Part shown: piece by piece, positions 7,394 to 13,759 of the stretch
Layout of the letters: each line of letters starts with the position of its first letter
Position numbering within the stretch: the first letter of the stretch is position 1
Source of the DNA: Synechococcus sp.
GTDB taxonomy: Bacteria; Cyanobacteriota; Cyanobacteriia; Thermostichales; PCC-7336
Length of the DNA: 13,759 bases
NCBI GenBank assembly: GCA_051439605.1
Contig: JBFRWN010000138.1
Span: forward strand, 1 to 13,759
Direction of reading: 5' to 3'
The notes under the pieces: model-generated
What the model was told of the DNA's origin: nothing
What the model saw: only the letters and a program-made list of their open reading frames with translations
The model's database searches: none
Position numbers and translations under genes: made by a program

Positions 7394-7435
7394 AGGGTAG
7401 CGATCGCACTCGGGTCAAAGTGTATCCTCGGTTTC
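7394..7435 (-). promoter_or_regulatory. class II NtcA-activated promoter for the BMP-permease-permease-amiF operon
   Basis: Minus strand reads tGAA-ACCGAGGA-TACa (7435-7422), one mismatch from GTA-N8-TAC with the flanking T and A conserved. Exactly 22 nt later comes TACCCT (7399-7394), a TAN3T -10 box. This is the canonical GTAN8TAC-N22-TAN3T geometry. Confidence 0.7.
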
Positions 7436-7725
7436 ATTTATTTCAATTCAGGAGATCGTTTCTGCCGACAAGCAACCAGTCGCGGCCCGAAAAGCTTTTT
7501 TGTTACCTCTAAAGTAATTATCTTGTTCTAAATCTCTCTCAAGATCGAAATCATTCTCCGTAAGGGCAAGTTAATCGCGTGAAAAGTTGAGGTCATTCAT
7601 CCCCCCCCATTGCGGATTTCAGCCCTGACCCCACCCCCTCCTGATTCTCTAGACATCAGGCATCCTGTTTGACACCCTTATCTCACCGAAACCCCGATCC
7701 CCGTTACCTATTCGTGAATGCATCC

Positions 7726-8196
7726 ATGAAAAAGTCTCTCGTCCTGTTGAGTACCTCCGCCCTTGGGCTCCTCTTAGCGGCACAATTTCCACAATCTGCA
7801 GAAGCGCAGCAGGTGCAATACGACTGCTCGAGAGGGGAAGGCACGGGAGACTACTGCGACTTTGTTTTACTTCCTGACTTCCAGCCTGACCCCGTCCAAG
7901 GAACGGGCATTTCTGGCGGCGGAGATTTCACCGATGATTGTGGCTATATCGATACCCCGCCCGATCACATCGTGACATTGCCCAAAGATTTACCCTACCT
8001 GCGAGCCTCTGTTGATTCACCTGGTGATGTCACCCTGCTGGTAACTGGTCCAGATGGGCGGTACTGCCGAGATGATAACTACGGTTTCCTGCCAGTTCTC
8101 GATGGTGAATGGCCTCGAGGTGAATACCAAATTTGGGTTGGAGATTGGGATGGGGAAGGCTATCCTTACACCCTGCAGCTGTCCGAACTTCCCTAG
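7726..8196 (+). CDS. secreted/periplasmic hypothetical protein (156 aa), possible PPC-like beta-sandwich
   Basis: Sec signal MKKSLVLL...SAEA|Q starts at ATG 7726, preferred over the upstream TTG at 7669. The mature part is acidic with 4 Cys and the motifs CGYI...PDH, DVTLLVTGPDG..C.DD and GEYQIWVG. Confidence 0.8.
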   Translation: MKKSLVLLSTSALGLLLAAQFPQSAEAQQVQYDCSRGEGTGDYCDFVLLPDFQPDPVQGTGISGGGDFTDDCGYIDTPPDHIVTLPKDLPYLRASVDSPGDVTLLVTGPDGRYCRDDNYGFLPVLDGEWPRGEYQIWVGDWDGEGYPYTLQLSELP

Positions 8197-8279
8197 CTCC
8201 TGCCAAGAAGATAGGGCTACCTACCGTTACCTCGCGACTGTTCTATCGCTATGCTCGGTACGAGGACTAGAGGTAACGG

Positions 8280-8885
8280 TTGAACTTGCATCCAATTACC
8301 GCCGCCAGTTTTAAAATTATCGATCGCGAAATTGGCCCCCATCCTTGGTCCCCGCCAGAATACGCGATTGTGCGGCGGGCCATTCACTCCACTGCGGATT
8401 TTGAGTTAAACCACCGCTTCCGCTTTGGCCCAGGGGCGATTTCCGCAGGCATTGCAGCCATCAAGGAATGTGTACCCGTTATTGTGGACGTGCGTATGGT
8501 GGCAGCAGGGGTGAGCAGTGCCATCGCTCGCTGCGGTAGTCCTCTCCATTGCGCCATCGCCACTGCACCACCCACCCCCCCTGGAGGGATGACCCGCACT
8601 GCTGCGGGGATGCGATCGCTGGCGATCGCCCATCCCCGCAGCATGTTCGTCGTGGGCAATGCCCCCACCGCCCTGCTGGAATTGGTGACACTAGTCAAAG
8701 AAAACAGGATCGATCCCGCTCTCATCGTGGGCGTACCTGTGGGATTTGTAGCGGTGGAAGAGTCGAAAGCTGCGCTAGCCCAACTGGATCGTCCCCACAT
8801 CGTGGTGGAGGGTCGCAAAGGAGGCTCTTCCATTGCCGCTGCCATTGTTAACGCACTGGTGAACTTGGCCAGTACGGGTAAGTAA
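8280..8885 (+). CDS. cobH: precorrin-8X / cobalt-precorrin-8 methylmutase (CobH/CbiC)
   Basis: Motifs HPI...SF.IID.E, RAIHSTADF, DVRMV, TRTAAG, VGNAPTAL, GVPVGFV..ESK and GRKGGS..AAA.VNAL. TTG start. Confidence 0.95.
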   Translation: MNLHPITAASFKIIDREIGPHPWSPPEYAIVRRAIHSTADFELNHRFRFGPGAISAGIAAIKECVPVIVDVRMVAAGVSSAIARCGSPLHCAIATAPPTPPGGMTRTAAGMRSLAIAHPRSMFVVGNAPTALLELVTLVKENRIDPALIVGVPVGFVAVEESKAALAQLDRPHIVVEGRKGGSSIAAAIVNALVNLASTGK

Positions 8886-8886
8886 G

Positions 8887-10176
8887 ATGCATCAACTCCA
8901 TGTGGTCGGTATCGGACTGGATGGATGGGATGGGCTATCCCAGTCCGTTCGTCAATTGCTATTCAGGATTCCGACGATCGCTGGCCCTACCTCACACCTC
9001 AACCGCATTGCTGTATTGCAACAGCTGACAAACGAGCCGTTTCGCCAACTGCAGCTGCCCTCAACCCTGCAGGATTGGCCGCAGTTATTGCGCCAAGAGC
9101 TACGGCAATCGGATGTTGCTCTCCTGGCCACCGGAGACCCGCTGTTTTTTGGCATTGGCCGCCTCCTGACCCAGCAATTTGCCCCCGAGCAGCTGGTGTT
9201 CCACCCCCACCTCTCCTGCGTTCAACTGGCCTGCAGTCGCCTGCAACTCCCCTGGCAATCCGCCACCATCATCAGCATCCACGGACGATCGCTCGACCCC
9301 CCGATTGCCGCCCTCAAACAGGGCAAATCCCCCATTGCAATCCTCACCGACCCCAAGAATTCTCCTGCATCGATCGCCGCTCTGCTAACACAACTCCAGC
9401 TCCCAACCCCCTACCGCCTCTCCGTCTGTTGCCAGCTGGGGAGCAAAGAAGAATCCATCCAAACCTTCTCCCCCGACCAACTCCCAGAATTATGCGATCG
9501 GAAGTTTCCTTCCCCAAATGTTGTCGTCCTGCAACGCACTGACCCAGCTGAGTTCGACCCGAAGCTGCTGCCGCAGGTCGGCATTCGCGACAGCTATTTC
9601 CTCACCTTCCCCGATCGCCCTGGCCTAATCACCAAACAGGAAATCCGCACCCTGTCCCTGTCTTTACTGCAGTTACCCACCCACGGCGTGTTTTGGGATG
9701 TGGGGGCAGGCACCGGCTCGATAGCGGTAGAAATTGCCCGTTTAGTCCCCCAAGGGCAAGTGTTTGCCATTGAAAAAGATGCTGCTGGCATCGAGCTGAT
9801 TACCGCTAACGCTCAGCGATTTCTGACCCCCAACCTGCAGGCGATCGCAGGGATGGCCCCTGAAGCACTGAGGTCCCTGCCCTCCCCCGATAGAATTTTC
9901 ATTGGAGGAGGAGGCCCTTGTCTTCTGAAAATATTGAAAGCCTGCACGTCTAGACTGAACCCCAATGGCCTAATCGTGGGAAATTTTGCCACGATTGAAC
10001 GTTGCAATGCCGCTCAAAGCTATCTCAAATCCGTAAATTTTGATGTCCAGATGCTTCAAATAAATTTATCTCGATCGGTGGCGATTGCCCAATCTACACG
10101 CTTTTCCCCCCTCAATCCTGTGACATTACTGCAGGCAATTCCTCCCACAAAGGTAGAGGAGTCTCGCGATACTTGA
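8887..10176 (+). CDS. cobL: bifunctional precorrin-6Y C5,15-methyltransferase (decarboxylating), CbiE-CbiT fusion (CobL)
   Basis: CbiE part: VVGIGLDG, LATGDPLFFGIG, SIHGR. CbiT part: LITKQEIR, SAM-binding WDVGAGTGSIAVE, PDRIFIGGGG. It starts 1 nt after the cobH stop. Confidence 0.93.
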   Translation: MHQLHVVGIGLDGWDGLSQSVRQLLFRIPTIAGPTSHLNRIAVLQQLTNEPFRQLQLPSTLQDWPQLLRQELRQSDVALLATGDPLFFGIGRLLTQQFAPEQLVFHPHLSCVQLACSRLQLPWQSATIISIHGRSLDPPIAALKQGKSPIAILTDPKNSPASIAALLTQLQLPTPYRLSVCCQLGSKEESIQTFSPDQLPELCDRKFPSPNVVVLQRTDPAEFDPKLLPQVGIRDSYFLTFPDRPGLITKQEIRTLSLSLLQLPTHGVFWDVGAGTGSIAVEIARLVPQGQVFAIEKDAAGIELITANAQRFLTPNLQAIAGMAPEALRSLPSPDRIFIGGGGPCLLKILKACTSRLNPNGLIVGNFATIERCNAAQSYLKSVNFDVQMLQINLSRSVAIAQSTRFSPLNPVTLLQAIPPTKVEESRDT

Positions 10177-10251
10177 GTTCGGGGACCTTCCTCCCTAAAA
10201 TCTAAGCAAGATTGCAATCAATCAATACTAATGACACTGTCAGGAGGGGTC

Positions 10252-11190
10252 GTGAGCGAACGTCCTATTCTTCTAGGAATTGTTGGCGATAGCGCAGCTG
10301 GAAAAACGACCCTAACCCGAGGCATTGCCCAAGTGTTGGGAGAGGAAAATGTCACCGCCATCTGCACGGATGACTATCACCGCTACGATCGCAAGCAGCG
10401 GGCTGAGTTGGGCATTTCCGCCCTCCACCCCGATTGCAATTACCTCGACATCATGGAGCAGCACATCAGTCAGTTACGCACTGGCAAGCCAATCCTCAAA
10501 CCCATTTACAATCACAACACCGGTGAATTCGACCCTCCCGAATACATCAAGCCTGCTAAGTACGTCATCATCGAAGGACTGCTGGGGTATTCCACCCGCA
10601 TCTCCCGCGACAGCTTTGATGTCAAAGTCTATCTAGCGCCCCCCGAAGACCTTCGCTATAGCTGGAAAATTAAGCGGGATATGCGCAAGCGAGGCTACAC
10701 CGAAGAACAGGTACGCGAGGCCCTTCGCAATCGCGAACCCGATTCTGAATCCTACATCCGTCCGCAGCGCCAGTGGGCCGATATTGTGGTCACCTTCTAT
10801 CCCCCCCAAGAGGAAAACAAGGTCAACGATCTATTGCTCAACGTCAATCTGGTGTTGCGTCCCAACATTCCCCACCCCGATTTTTTACATTTATTTGATG
10901 GGGGTTCGTCATTGGGGGAAGCCATTCGTCTCGAACTCGATCGCGATATGGGTAAACCCGTCGACGTACTGGCGATCGACGGGCATGCGACCCAAGACAA
11001 AGTGGTCGAGCTAGAGCGCGTCCTCTGCAATGAAGTTCCGACCCTAGGCAAGTTCTGCAGTCTAGAAGGCAATCAAGAGGTTGGCAAGGTCGTTGGCACA
11101 ACCGGTGAAGTGCTGCAAAGTTATCCCTTAGCACTCACGCAACTGCTGATTACCTATCATATGCTCAAGGCCTCCAGCCTTTACCAGTAA
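10252..11190 (+). CDS. phosphoribulokinase/uridine kinase family protein (non-canonical PRK paralog)
   Basis: P-loop GIVGDSAAGKTT, CTDDYHRYDR, KPIYNH.TG.FDPPE, IIEGL, WKIKRD..KRG and YIRPQRQWAD are PRK-family motifs. GTG at 10252 has a strong AGGAGG RBS; ATG at 10231 is an alternative start. Confidence 0.9.
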   Translation: MSERPILLGIVGDSAAGKTTLTRGIAQVLGEENVTAICTDDYHRYDRKQRAELGISALHPDCNYLDIMEQHISQLRTGKPILKPIYNHNTGEFDPPEYIKPAKYVIIEGLLGYSTRISRDSFDVKVYLAPPEDLRYSWKIKRDMRKRGYTEEQVREALRNREPDSESYIRPQRQWADIVVTFYPPQEENKVNDLLLNVNLVLRPNIPHPDFLHLFDGGSSLGEAIRLELDRDMGKPVDVLAIDGHATQDKVVELERVLCNEVPTLGKFCSLEGNQEVGKVVGTTGEVLQSYPLALTQLLITYHMLKASSLYQ

Positions 11191-11199
11191 ACCCATTTC

Positions 11200-11246
11200 A
11201 TCAAACAACCCACCACAACCAGAATAAGCCCGGTGAGTTGTTTGAT
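11200..11246. terminator. long inverted repeat between convergent PRK-like gene and gyrB (putative terminator or 3' stability hairpin)
   Basis: ATCAAACAACCCACC (11200-11214) pairs with GGTGAGTTGTTTGAT (11232-11246) at 14/15 positions, with a 17-nt loop. The mismatch is a G.U pair in the minus-strand RNA. A T-run follows at 11254-11258. Confidence 0.6.
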
Positions 11247-11286
11247 AGCTATCTTTTTGAAGTACACCCAACCGTATAGACAGGGG

Positions 11287-13290
<2,004 letters not shown>

Positions 13291-13647
13291 CTAGGGCCGT
13301 ATACGTTTTTGACACCATTTTGTATTGATGGTAACACATATTCGTTGTTGGGGCATATAGCGGCCTCAGAGCGAAAGTGACTCTACAGAGAACATTATTT
13401 AACTCTTAAATTTATTTGATGAATTGGATGTCTGTTCATCGCGTTCTTTTCAATGACCTATTGGATAGCGGCCACAATTCCCAGAGGATGCTTTTTCCTA
13501 GAAGATAAGAAAAGATTAAACACCACTCATCATTCCGTATACGTCACGCATGTCTTGCCCAACGATGATTGGCCGTGCGATGAAACAGCCAGATTGAGCA
13601 ACATTCCCCGTAACATTAGACCTATTAAATCTACCTGAGTTCGATGG

Positions 13648-13685
13648 CCCTCTCCCCTAGCCCCTCTCCCGGCTCGGGAAAGGGG
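13648..13685. repeat. GC-rich palindromic small dispersed repeat (CCCCTCTCCC...GGGA-AGGGG type)
   Basis: CCCTCTCCCC (13648-13657) is followed by the hairpin CCCCTCTCCCG-GCT-CGGGAAAGGGG (13661-13685, 10/11 paired). It resembles dispersed intergenic repeats common in cyanobacteria. Confidence 0.65.
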
Positions 13686-13720
13686 AACAAGAGCCTCGAA
13701 AGCCTATATTTCCTTTCAAG

Positions 13721-13747
13721 TAGCCCCAGAATTTGCATTAGGGGCTA
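13721..13747. repeat. inverted repeat TAGCCCC-N13-GGGGCTA
   Basis: Perfect 7-bp arms at 13721-13727 and 13741-13747. Confidence 0.55.
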
Positions 13748-13759
13748 ATTCTATCGAAC

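Noticed and set aside
7540..8279. Cobalamin riboswitch upstream of cobH/cobL
   Set aside because: I found no B12-box or GGGAA..GGTG..AATCC..CCCGC.ACTGT-like elements in either intergenic region.
13345..13395. tRNA-like start GGGCATATAGCGG
   Set aside because: No cloverleaf or TTCGA T-loop follows.
13453..13638. 61-aa ORF upstream of gyrB
   Set aside because: No RBS, no recognisable motif and an AT-rich intergenic context, so it cannot be supported.

Overview
Cyanobacterial chromosomal segment, judged from at least 11 HIP1 octamers (GCGATCGC) and an NtcA-type promoter. From left to right it holds: an AT-rich flank, tRNA-Val(GAC) (-), a 37-aa membrane microprotein and a YccF-family gene (+). 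Next come a decayed, internally deleted IS701-like transposase (-) and an intact 866-bp IS5-family (IS1031 group) element with 16-bp TIRs and a TAA target duplication. A minus-strand operon follows, encoding a BMP-family Tat lipoprotein, two ABC permeases and a formamidase-like nitrilase. It has a class II NtcA promoter but no ABC ATPase. The right half holds a secreted Cys-containing hypothetical protein, cbiC/cobH, cbiET/cobL, a non-canonical phosphoribulokinase paralog (+), a convergent intein-free gyrB (-) and two small palindromic repeats. The strongest candidate for an undescribed system is the apparently nitrogen-regulated, ATPase-less BMP/ABC plus formamidase module, which ends at an IS cluster.
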